A program made the translations under genes and the position numbers. The notes beneath the pieces were generated by a model that ran no database searches, was not told the DNA's origin, and was given only the letters and a program-made list of their open reading frames with translations. Below are positions 36,309 through 44,022 of a stretch of DNA of 44,022 bases, piece by piece (within the stretch, counting starts at the first letter, position 1; the number at the start of each line of letters is the position of its first letter). The stretch lies in assembly GCA_043810635.1 (NCBI GenBank), contig JBDRNY010000068.1:1-44022 (forward strand). The letters are read 5' to 3'. The DNA is from Candidatus Micrarchaeota archaeon. GTDB taxonomy: Archaea > Micrarchaeota > Micrarchaeia > Anstonellales > Anstonellaceae.

Positions 36309-37211
36309 GTGTTTATGGAAATTTTAATTACAGGCGGAGCAGGATTTATCGGCTCAAACATCGCCGAGCATTTGCTCAAACAAGGGCATTCTGTTAGTGT
36401 AATAGACAATTTGCATACCGGCAGCCCTGACAACCTCAAAGGATTAAGTGTAAAATTTCATAAGGCAAATGTAGGGGAAATAAACAAGCTTGACATTCCC
36501 CCACCCAAAATAATTTTCCATGAAGGAATTTATTCCTCCTCCCCGATGTACATGCAAAACCCCCACCTTATGCCGACAATAATAGACGAATTTCTCACCC
36601 TTTTAGAATATGCCCGCAAGCATGATTCAAAAATAATATTTGCAGCCACTTCTTCTTTATACAACGGAATTCAGCCCCCCCACAAAGAAGATATTATTCC
36701 AAAAGTAACAGATTATTACACAGAAGGGAGGGTTGCAATGGAACGCTTAGCCCGATTGCACAACGCCCTTTACGGGCAAAAAACAGTTGGTTTGCGCTAT
36801 TTTTCAGTATACGGCCCGCGCGAAAAAAGCAAAAAACAGTATGCGAATTTAGTATCCCAATTTCTTTGGGAAATGCAAAAAAACACCCCCCCTGTCATAT
36901 ACGGGGACGGCTCCCAAACAAGGGATTTTACTTATGTTGAAGATGTTGTAAAGGCAAATATGCTTGCAATGGAAAAAAATATTTCATTCGGCATCTACAA
37001 TGTAGGCACAGGAAAATCCTATTCCCTCAACAAATTAATTGAAATACTCAACCGTAAGCTCAGCACTTCAATAAAGCCAAAATATGTTGAAAACAAAATT
37101 AAAAATTATGTGCAAGACACATTGGCAGACACTTCCAAGGCAAAAAAAGAATTAGGGTTTGAGGCAAAAATTTCTTTAGAAGAAGGAATTGAAAAACTAC
37201 TCAAAAAATAG
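36309..37211 (+). CDS. NAD-dependent nucleotide-sugar epimerase/dehydratase
   Basis: TGGAGFIGS, LRYFSVYGP, GDGSQTRDFTYVEDVV; catalytic motif reads YTEGR rather than YxxxK. Confidence 0.88.
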   Translation: MFMEILITGGAGFIGSNIAEHLLKQGHSVSVIDNLHTGSPDNLKGLSVKFHKANVGEINKLDIPPPKIIFHEGIYSSSPMYMQNPHLMPTIIDEFLTLLEYARKHDSKIIFAATSSLYNGIQPPHKEDIIPKVTDYYTEGRVAMERLARLHNALYGQKTVGLRYFSVYGPREKSKKQYANLVSQFLWEMQKNTPPVIYGDGSQTRDFTYVEDVVKANMLAMEKNISFGIYNVGTGKSYSLNKLIEILNRKLSTSIKPKYVENKIKNYVQDTLADTSKAKKELGFEAKISLEEGIEKLLKK

Positions 37212-37212
37212 A

Positions 37213-38139
37213 TTAATGCCTGCTTCCGATTTTTTGTATAACTCTTGCCGCAATCTCATTTCCTATTTTTGCAGCCTCCACTTCGTTTTTTCCATTAAGA
37301 AGCGCCCACAACACCCCACCTGCATAAGCATCTCCCGCTCCGGTAGTGTCCACAACATTTTCCACTTTTATTGCAGCCACATTTCCAATTTCTTTTCCCC
37401 TAACAAAAACTTTTGAGCCATTTTTTCCTTTTTTCAAAAATACAATATTCGCAAGCTTCCCCACACCCTCTTCATTTTCTTCAACAGCTTTCATTTCATC
37501 TTCATTTAAAAACAAAATATCTGCCACCCCGCAAACCTTCCCCATTTTTTCCTTTTTTTCTTCAAGCATTTTCGGGGATTCCAAAGATATCGCAATTTTT
37601 GCCCCGCCTTTTTTGCATCTTTTTGCATATTCCCATGCGCTTTTTGAAATTCCCCCATTGCATAGCAAAGTTATGCTTGTGCAAAAAAACATGGCGCATG
37701 CCGGCAGCCTGCCAACATCTAATTCCTCATTTCCGGCGCCCAAATAAACCGCAAAAGTGCGCTCCTTCTCAAGGGTGATAAGTGCCAATATCCTGCCTGT
37801 GGCAAATTTCCTGTCATATTCAAGCAGGCTATAGATGCCCCTGCTCTCAAGATTTTTTTCAATATTTTCCCCTGCGCCATCTTTTGCTATCTTTCCGGCA
37901 TATGCCGCCCCCTCCCCTCCAAGCAAAGCATAGTTCTCAAGCATATTTCTTGCATTGTCGCCCGGATACTCATAAATTAGCTTTTCTTTTAGCTCTTCCT
38001 CAATTTTTGCCAGATTTGCATCATCCAAATAATTGCTTGAGCCTTTTTTCAGCCCAAATTTTTGCAAGAAGCTATCATCCACCTTTGCAAACCTGTCCAT
38101 AAGCGGGGTGCCAAGCCCGAGTATTTTAATATTATCCAT
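37213..38139 (-). CDS. PfkB-family kinase, adenosine kinase-like
   Basis: GLGTPLMD, ERTFAVYLGA, FLNEDE, VDTTGAGDAYAGG; divergent from ahcY. Confidence 0.85.
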   Translation of the reverse strand: MDNIKILGLGTPLMDRFAKVDDSFLQKFGLKKGSSNYLDDANLAKIEEELKEKLIYEYPGDNARNMLENYALLGGEGAAYAGKIAKDGAGENIEKNLESRGIYSLLEYDRKFATGRILALITLEKERTFAVYLGAGNEELDVGRLPACAMFFCTSITLLCNGGISKSAWEYAKRCKKGGAKIAISLESPKMLEEKKEKMGKVCGVADILFLNEDEMKAVEENEEGVGKLANIVFLKKGKNGSKVFVRGKEIGNVAAIKVENVVDTTGAGDAYAGGVLWALLNGKNEVEAAKIGNEIAARVIQKIGSRH

Positions 38140-38218
38140 GGCATAATATATCATAACCAGCTTATATTAATGTTTGATTTTAAGGCAAAAAAAAAAAATT
38201 TATGTGTTATGTGATTTT

Positions 38219-39511
38219 ATGAGCAAAGTGAAAAACTCCTCCCTTGCAAAACAAGGCAAAATAGAGCTTGACTGGGCAGAGAAAAACATGCCAGTGCTAA
38301 AAATAATCCGAGAGCGCTTTGAGAAAGAAAAGCCGCTTAAAGGATTAACTGTCGGACTCGCGCTTCATTTGGAAAAAAAAACTGGCATTTTGCTCAAAAC
38401 TCTTGTTTCCGGTGGCGCAAAAGTATATGGCTCCTCCTGCAACCCAAACACAACCGACGACAGCGTGGCTGCCGCTCTTGCAGAATATGATAAAAATAAT
38501 TTGCATGTATTTGCCTGGAGCGGGCAAACAACCGAGGAATATTATTGGTGCATAGATAAAGTGCTTGATGCAAATCCAGACATTGTAATTGATGATGGCA
38601 ATGATTTGACAATGAGAATTCATGAAAAGCGCCCCGAACTTTTGAAAAAAATGATTGGAGGGTGCGAGGAAACAACTACGGGCATTGTGCGCTTAAATGC
38701 AATGCAAAAAGAAGGCAAGCTTCTCTTGCCAATAATGGATGTAAATGACGCACATTCCAAATATTTGCTTGACAACCAGTTCGGCACCGCCCAAAGCGTA
38801 ACAGACGCATTAGTGCGCGGTTTGAATATTTTATTGGCAGGAAAAACAGTAGTTGTATATGGCTATGGCTGGTGCGGAAGGGGAATTGCTTCCCGCATGC
38901 GAGGCCTTGGGGCAAATGTTGTAGTTGTAGAAGTTGAAGGCACTCTAGGCCCACACGAACCCGGCCAAAACCGAGCTATTTGCGCACTTTATGAGGGCTT
39001 TAATGTAATGGGGCATTCAGCTGCCGCGCGCATTGGCGACATATTCATAACCGCAACAGGAAACAAAAACATTATTCGTAAAGAGCATTTTGAACTTATG
39101 AAAGACGGCGCAATTTTATGCAATTCCGGGCATTTTGACATTGAAATAGACAAACCCGCGCTTGAGAAAATGAGCTCAGGCAAAAAAACAATCAAAGACA
39201 ATGTTGAGGAATACGAACTTAAGAATGGCAAGTCTATTTTGCTTTTGTCGGAAGGGAGGCTTGTAAATCTCGCGCGCCCTATGGGCCAGGGCCACCCGAT
39301 TGAAATAATGGACGGCTCATTTGCAGTGCAGGCATTAAGCGTGGAATATTTGGCAAAAAACAAAGGCAAGCTCTCCCCCGGAGTAATAAAAGTGCCTGAA
39401 AAAATTGACGGGGAAGTGGCAACCCTTTTGCTAAAAACCCAGGGAATTTCGCTTGACAAACCGACAGAAGAGCAAATAAAGTATGCGGGAGAGTGGAAAG
39501 AGGGAACATAA
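38219..39511 (+). CDS. ahcY: S-adenosylhomocysteine hydrolase
   Basis: LHLEKKT, SCNPNTT, IDDG, EETTTG, GYGWCGRG, NSGHFDIEI, GRLVNL, GHP; start ATG 38219. Confidence 0.96.
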   Translation: MSKVKNSSLAKQGKIELDWAEKNMPVLKIIRERFEKEKPLKGLTVGLALHLEKKTGILLKTLVSGGAKVYGSSCNPNTTDDSVAAALAEYDKNNLHVFAWSGQTTEEYYWCIDKVLDANPDIVIDDGNDLTMRIHEKRPELLKKMIGGCEETTTGIVRLNAMQKEGKLLLPIMDVNDAHSKYLLDNQFGTAQSVTDALVRGLNILLAGKTVVVYGYGWCGRGIASRMRGLGANVVVVEVEGTLGPHEPGQNRAICALYEGFNVMGHSAAARIGDIFITATGNKNIIRKEHFELMKDGAILCNSGHFDIEIDKPALEKMSSGKKTIKDNVEEYELKNGKSILLLSEGRLVNLARPMGQGHPIEIMDGSFAVQALSVEYLAKNKGKLSPGVIKVPEKIDGEVATLLLKTQGISLDKPTEEQIKYAGEWKEGT

Positions 39512-39527
39512 TTTTGAGGTTGATAAT

Positions 39528-40700
39528 ATGAGCTATTTATTCACATCTGAATCCATAACCGAGGGCCATCCTGACAAAATATGCGACTTAATTTCAGATG
39601 CTATTTTGGACGATTTAATTTCCCAAGACAAGCAGGCTCATGTTGCAATAGAAACCCTTGTATCTACCGGGCTTATTGTGGTGCTTGGGGAGGTAAATAC
39701 AACCGGCTATGCAGATATCAGGAAAATTGTGAAAAAAACAATTAAGGAAATCGGCTATACCAAGCCAGAATACCAATTTTCCTACCAATCTTCAGGAGTG
39801 CTTGTGGGCATACACGCCCAATCCGCAGATATTGCAATGGGGGTAAAGGAAGAAAATTTGGAAGAAATAGGCGCAGGAGACCAGGGAATAATGTTTGGCT
39901 ATGCATCAGATGAAACTCCTGAATTAATGCCTTTGCCGATTTTGCTTTCAAATAAATTAGCCCAAAAAATAACTGAAATACGCAAATCAGGAACACTTTC
40001 CTATCTCCGCCCTGACGGAAAAGTGCAAATCACAATAGAATATTCTGATGAGCACCTCCCCCAAAAAGCAACTACTGTTGTAATTGCCCAGCAGCATGAT
40101 GAACAAACAAAAGAAGGCAAAGAAGTAAATTCTGAATTGATAGCAAAAGACCTTATCCGCCTTGCAATCAAACCCACACTCAACAAATATTTCACTCCAG
40201 ATACAAAAGTAATTGTAAACGGCACAGGAAGGTTTGTAATAGGAGGGCCTGCATCAGATACCGGCGTAACCGGAAGAAAAATAATTGCAGACACATATGG
40301 AGGCATGGCACCCCACGGAGGAGGTTGTTTCAGCGGAAAAGATGCGACAAAAGTTGACCGCTCAGCTTCTTACATGGCGCGCTATATTGCAAAAAATATT
40401 GTTGCATCAGGCATTGCAAAAAGATGCACAGTGCAATTAGGATATGTAATCGGAAAATCCGAGCCTGTTTCAGTATGGGTAAACACCCACAACACAGGCA
40501 AAATAAGCAATGGCAAGCTTCTTGAATTAATAAAAAAGCATTTCCACCTTAAACCCGGGCAAATTATCCAGGATTTGGATTTGCGCCGCCCAATATTTAA
40601 AAAAACAGCCTGCTACGGCCACTTCGGCCGCGAGCTTCCTGAATTTACATGGGAAAAAACCGACAAAGCGCCTCTTTTGAAGAAGGATGCGGGTTTATAA
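39528..40700 (+). CDS. metK: Methionine adenosyltransferase, bacterial/eukaryotic type
   Basis: FTSESITEGHPDKICD, GAGDQG, RPDGKVQ, GGPASDTGVTGRKII, GGGCFSGKDATKVDRS, YGHFGR. Confidence 0.96.
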   Translation: MSYLFTSESITEGHPDKICDLISDAILDDLISQDKQAHVAIETLVSTGLIVVLGEVNTTGYADIRKIVKKTIKEIGYTKPEYQFSYQSSGVLVGIHAQSADIAMGVKEENLEEIGAGDQGIMFGYASDETPELMPLPILLSNKLAQKITEIRKSGTLSYLRPDGKVQITIEYSDEHLPQKATTVVIAQQHDEQTKEGKEVNSELIAKDLIRLAIKPTLNKYFTPDTKVIVNGTGRFVIGGPASDTGVTGRKIIADTYGGMAPHGGGCFSGKDATKVDRSASYMARYIAKNIVASGIAKRCTVQLGYVIGKSEPVSVWVNTHNTGKISNGKLLELIKKHFHLKPGQIIQDLDLRRPIFKKTACYGHFGRELPEFTWEKTDKAPLLKKDAGL

Positions 40701-40723
40701 TTCTCAAATATATGGCATAAAAT

Positions 40724-43513
40724 ATGCCGCCTAAATATTGGCAAGACCAGGGCCAGCAGACGGAATATCCAAGCTCAAAAATTGCTGATGAGCATGCAAA
40801 TATAGCCGAAGCTGTAAGAATTGCCGAAATTGTCAAAATCAATTTTTCAAAGCTTGAAAATGCAACAACCCCTCAGGAAGCAGAAAAATATTTTGGGTGG
40901 ATAAATTACGGATTAAATGAAATTTCAAAATTAATAAAAGACAGCTCTCAGCTTAAAATTCTAAAACAAATAACTCTCTCTTCAATTGAATTTTCAGAAA
41001 AAAAGCTTTTTTTCCTTAGAAACCTGCTTTTATGCGATTTAACATCTTCTTATATAAAAGAGAATAATTTTGAAAAAGCACACCAAACATCCCAAGCCCT
41101 CAGAAAAAGAATCGAAACTTCGCCAACTTATTTAAAAAAACAAATTAAATTCTCACGCCAGCTTGAATACAATTTGCGAAACCACATGCTTGCAGCAAAA
41201 GAGGGAAAATCAGACCCATTTTCCAACCTTCTTGAATTTGACAACAAATTTCTCCACACAAAAGCATACAAACCAAAAGCAAAACCCACCGGAATTCCGC
41301 TATATGACGCATTGCAGCTCAAAAAACAAATCCTCCTCACCCAGAAAAAATCCCCGCAATCCCTTCCTGAATTCTATTCTTTGCAAATAAACTCAATAAA
41401 AAAAGAAAAAAAGCAAATTCAAAAGCTTGCATCAAAAATAGACGGCACGCAGGAATATTTTTCCATATATGGCAAATATATGAAAAAAGCGGAGGAAATG
41501 CTTGCGCTTTTCAAAAAAGGAGAACTTTATACTGACGCAGCCCACTCTTTTCTTCAAACATATCTTGATGCCGCAAGAATTTCTCTTTTTACAAATTTAG
41601 ATTTAATTCTTGCCAATGAAATGAAAATTTACACTGAAAATCACGCCAAGCCCCGGCTTGAAAGCCATTATGACAACCAAAATCCGAAGTTGGTGTATAT
41701 CGGAGACGCGCTATTAAAGAAAAAAACATTCACCCCAAAATTTATTCACGATTTTTATGACTGGAAATGCAAATCCCTCGTCCAATCCATCCTTTTATTG
41801 GAAGAAGCGCTTGACCCCGGCTCTCAGGAAGGGGAAACAGTCAAAAATTCTGACACATACAAGCGAATGTCCAGCCATCTCGCGCCCCTAAAAGCAAATA
41901 AAAGAAAAGCAAATTTATTTCAAATTGTTGGCAGAATTGAAGAGCTTCAAGCCGAGCAAAATTATTTATTTGCCAAGCTGGAAGAAAAGAAAGCCTATGA
42001 CAGGCTTCCATCCTCTGAAAAATTCTGGCATAATGTTTCCACATATGCAAAATTAGCTCCAGATATTACAGCACTTGCCCTCCCCTATCTTCTCAGGCGC
42101 TTTCCAGGAGGCTCTTTTGCAGGAAATATTGTTTCCCGCGGCTGGTTTACTTTTCGCGCGCTTGAATATATGCAACAAACCGGAAGCCTTTCAGGAGGAG
42201 CGGTATTTCTCGGCGCTCTTTGGCTCAGGCCTTTTTCATCATTAGTTGCAGGAAGAGGTGCATTTGCAACCTGGTTCCGCCCCGCACTCCAAACTGCAGG
42301 CACCGCCTCTGCTGCAAAGCTTGCTTTTGATTTGGGCTACGGGGTTGTTGCCTCCTCTTCAAATTTGATTGAAATGGGCTTTTCCCATGAAGAGCTTGCC
42401 GCACTTTTGCAAAACAGCATATTTATTGCCGCAGGAGTGCATGGGGCAAAAACAGGGATAAAAGCAGAAGAATTGGCAGCAGCATCAAGAATAATCCCAC
42501 AGATAATTCCACAGCCTGAGTTTGTCTTGGGTTCGTTTCCATTTCCGGGAAGTATCAAATTTGGTAGAAAGGCAACAGATGCTTATTCTAAGAAGATAGA
42601 ATCGGGGGCGATTTTTGACAAAACCGAAAGTGGCAGAACAGGCACAGGAAAAAATATTGCCTATGACGCAAAAGGAAGTATTCGTGGCGCGTCGAGGACA
42701 ATCTATTTGGGCAGAAGAGGTTTTGCAAAAGAAATTGACGGGGAGTTAAAATTTCAAAACCTTGCAGATGATGGGGTTTTGATTATCCATGCTAATAACA
42801 AAACTGCCTCAAGAACAAATATTGCAGGAAAAACTGCCCCGCTAGGGAAGGGAGACGTGCTTTATTATGGCAAAGATGGCGGCAGGGTGCGGTATGAATT
42901 TGACGGAACTCAATTTATCAAAACAAATGTTTTTGGAGGCAAAATCCATTTGTTTGGAAGGGAGGGCAACCCGCGGGCAAGCGCAATAAAAATGGAAAAT
43001 GGTTCATTTATTTTTGTAGACCATTCTGCATTTGGCACCGAAGTTCTGCATAGCAATGGGGGGAAAACCTATCTTCGCCAGGATTTGAGGCAGGTTGTTG
43101 AAGTAAAGGAAGGAGATATATTTACAATAGGCGGAAATACGTCTGAAAGATATATATTTACAAATAGAAAATTTGTCTCTTATGCTGAATGGCAGAGGCA
43201 ACAGGAAGCAAGCGGGCAAAGGCAGCAGTACAGGCAAGAGCGCTCTCCGGGCAGAAAGCACAGGTGGGAGGATTCTTCAGAGCCAGACTTATACAAACTT
43301 TTGGAAGTTTCCCGAGATGCAACTATGGAGCAAATAAATGGAGCATATAAAAAACAGTCAAAAAACTATCACCCAGACACAAAAACACCATTTGATCCTG
43401 TCTTTAGGGAAAATAGGATGAAAGACTTAAATATTTCAAAAGAAGTTCTTACAGACCCTGTTATGAGGCTCGATTATGATGCATGGTACACAAACCATGC
43501 CAGAAACCGATAA
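40724..43513 (+). CDS. Large protein: helical N-terminus, hydrophobic segment, two FHA-like repeats, C-terminal J-domain
   Basis: DLYKLLEVSRDATMEQINGAYKKQSKNYHPD...LTDPVMRLDYD J-domain; LGR...LGKGDVLYYG and FGR...DHSAFGTEV...VKEGDIFTIG FHA-like units. Confidence 0.8.
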   Translation: MPPKYWQDQGQQTEYPSSKIADEHANIAEAVRIAEIVKINFSKLENATTPQEAEKYFGWINYGLNEISKLIKDSSQLKILKQITLSSIEFSEKKLFFLRNLLLCDLTSSYIKENNFEKAHQTSQALRKRIETSPTYLKKQIKFSRQLEYNLRNHMLAAKEGKSDPFSNLLEFDNKFLHTKAYKPKAKPTGIPLYDALQLKKQILLTQKKSPQSLPEFYSLQINSIKKEKKQIQKLASKIDGTQEYFSIYGKYMKKAEEMLALFKKGELYTDAAHSFLQTYLDAARISLFTNLDLILANEMKIYTENHAKPRLESHYDNQNPKLVYIGDALLKKKTFTPKFIHDFYDWKCKSLVQSILLLEEALDPGSQEGETVKNSDTYKRMSSHLAPLKANKRKANLFQIVGRIEELQAEQNYLFAKLEEKKAYDRLPSSEKFWHNVSTYAKLAPDITALALPYLLRRFPGGSFAGNIVSRGWFTFRALEYMQQTGSLSGGAVFLGALWLRPFSSLVAGRGAFATWFRPALQTAGTASAAKLAFDLGYGVVASSSNLIEMGFSHEELAALLQNSIFIAAGVHGAKTGIKAEELAAASRIIPQIIPQPEFVLGSFPFPGSIKFGRKATDAYSKKIESGAIFDKTESGRTGTGKNIAYDAKGSIRGASRTIYLGRRGFAKEIDGELKFQNLADDGVLIIHANNKTASRTNIAGKTAPLGKGDVLYYGKDGGRVRYEFDGTQFIKTNVFGGKIHLFGREGNPRASAIKMENGSFIFVDHSAFGTEVLHSNGGKTYLRQDLRQVVEVKEGDIFTIGGNTSERYIFTNRKFVSYAEWQRQQEASGQRQQYRQERSPGRKHRWEDSSEPDLYKLLEVSRDATMEQINGAYKKQSKNYHPDTKTPFDPVFRENRMKDLNISKEVLTDPVMRLDYDAWYTNHARNR

Positions 43514-43525
43514 CTGATGATAACC

Positions 43526-43831
43526 ATGCCCTCCTCTTTTGCGAAAAAAGTCTGGAAAGCCTGCTCTCTTATTCCAAAAGGAAAAATATCCACCTACTCT
43601 TCCATTGCCCGCGCAATAGGAAAGCCAAACGCTTCCCGCGCAATTGGAAATGCATTAAACAAATCCCCCGGCATGCCAAAATGCCCGTGCCACCGAGTAG
43701 TAAAATCAAATGGCTCAATTGGTGGATTTGCAAAAGGAAAAAGAAAGAAAATTGAATTATTGAAAAAAGAGGGAATTAAGATAAGAAATTCAAAAATAAT
43801 CAATTTAAAAAATATCCTCTACCACTTTTAA
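43526..43831 (+). CDS. ogt: MGMT-family O6-alkylguanine DNA alkyltransferase (short form)
   Basis: IPKGKISTYSSIA, RAIGNAL, PCHRVV active site, LLKKEG. Confidence 0.88.
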   Translation: MPSSFAKKVWKACSLIPKGKISTYSSIARAIGKPNASRAIGNALNKSPGMPKCPCHRVVKSNGSIGGFAKGKRKKIELLKKEGIKIRNSKIINLKNILYHF

Positions 43832-43843
43832 TAGGTAAGAAAT

Positions 43844-44022
43844 ATGTCTGCAAAAGACACAACATCCCTTGATGAAAAAGGAAGAATAGTAATACCCCAA
43901 TCCATACGCGGCATTTTGAATATAAAAACAGGAGAAAAGCTCCTTGTTTCATACAATAAAAAAACAGGCGCAATAATAATCGAGCCTGCCCATGAAAAAA
44001 AGCTTCTTTTTCTTGAAATTGC
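43844..44022 (+). CDS. AbrB/MazE/MraZ-type DNA-binding protein, runs off the window
   Basis: MSAKDTTSLDEKGRIVIPQSIRGILNIKTGEKL. Confidence 0.82.
   Translation, partial: MSAKDTTSLDEKGRIVIPQSIRGILNIKTGEKLLVSYNKKTGAIIIEPAHEKKLLFLEI

Noticed and set aside
1-44022. CRISPR array, rRNA, intact transposase, integrase, prophage or stop-codon recoding
   Set aside because: No regularly spaced repeats, rRNA-like tracts or such ORFs seen; conserved genes end at TAA, TAG and TGA as expected

Overview
Archaeal chromosome segment, probably a DPANN/Micrarchaeota-type organism. This is inferred from archaeal ribosomal proteins, aIF6, Rpp21, AglB, GGTGA Shine-Dalgarno motifs and tRNAs with non-canonical BHB introns. 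1-15 kb is mostly housekeeping: pheT, the rpp21-rps19e-PDCD5-rpl39e-rpl31e-aIF6-rpl18a-prefoldin-ftsY superoperon, pyrB, a RecJ/Cdc45-like DHH nuclease, a two-intron tRNA-Ile(UAU) and a tRNA-Ala(UGC) with a T-loop intron. 14.5-37 kb is a large N-glycosylation locus. It holds a frameshifted aglB, six glycosyltransferases, a CDP-3,6-dideoxyhexose pathway with a YerE-like ThDP enzyme (branched, yersiniose-type sugar), a Gmd/ColD/ColC-like GDP-colitose pathway, a B12 radical SAM enzyme and a ferredoxin. A SAM-cycle trio follows (PfkB kinase, ahcY, bacterial-type metK), then an unusual 929-aa membrane/FHA-like/J-domain protein, an MGMT-family gene and a truncated AbrB-like gene. Non-coding DNA holds IS200/IS605-like end remnants and clusters of perfect short-loop palindromes. 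All calls come from motif reading by eye; no searches were run.
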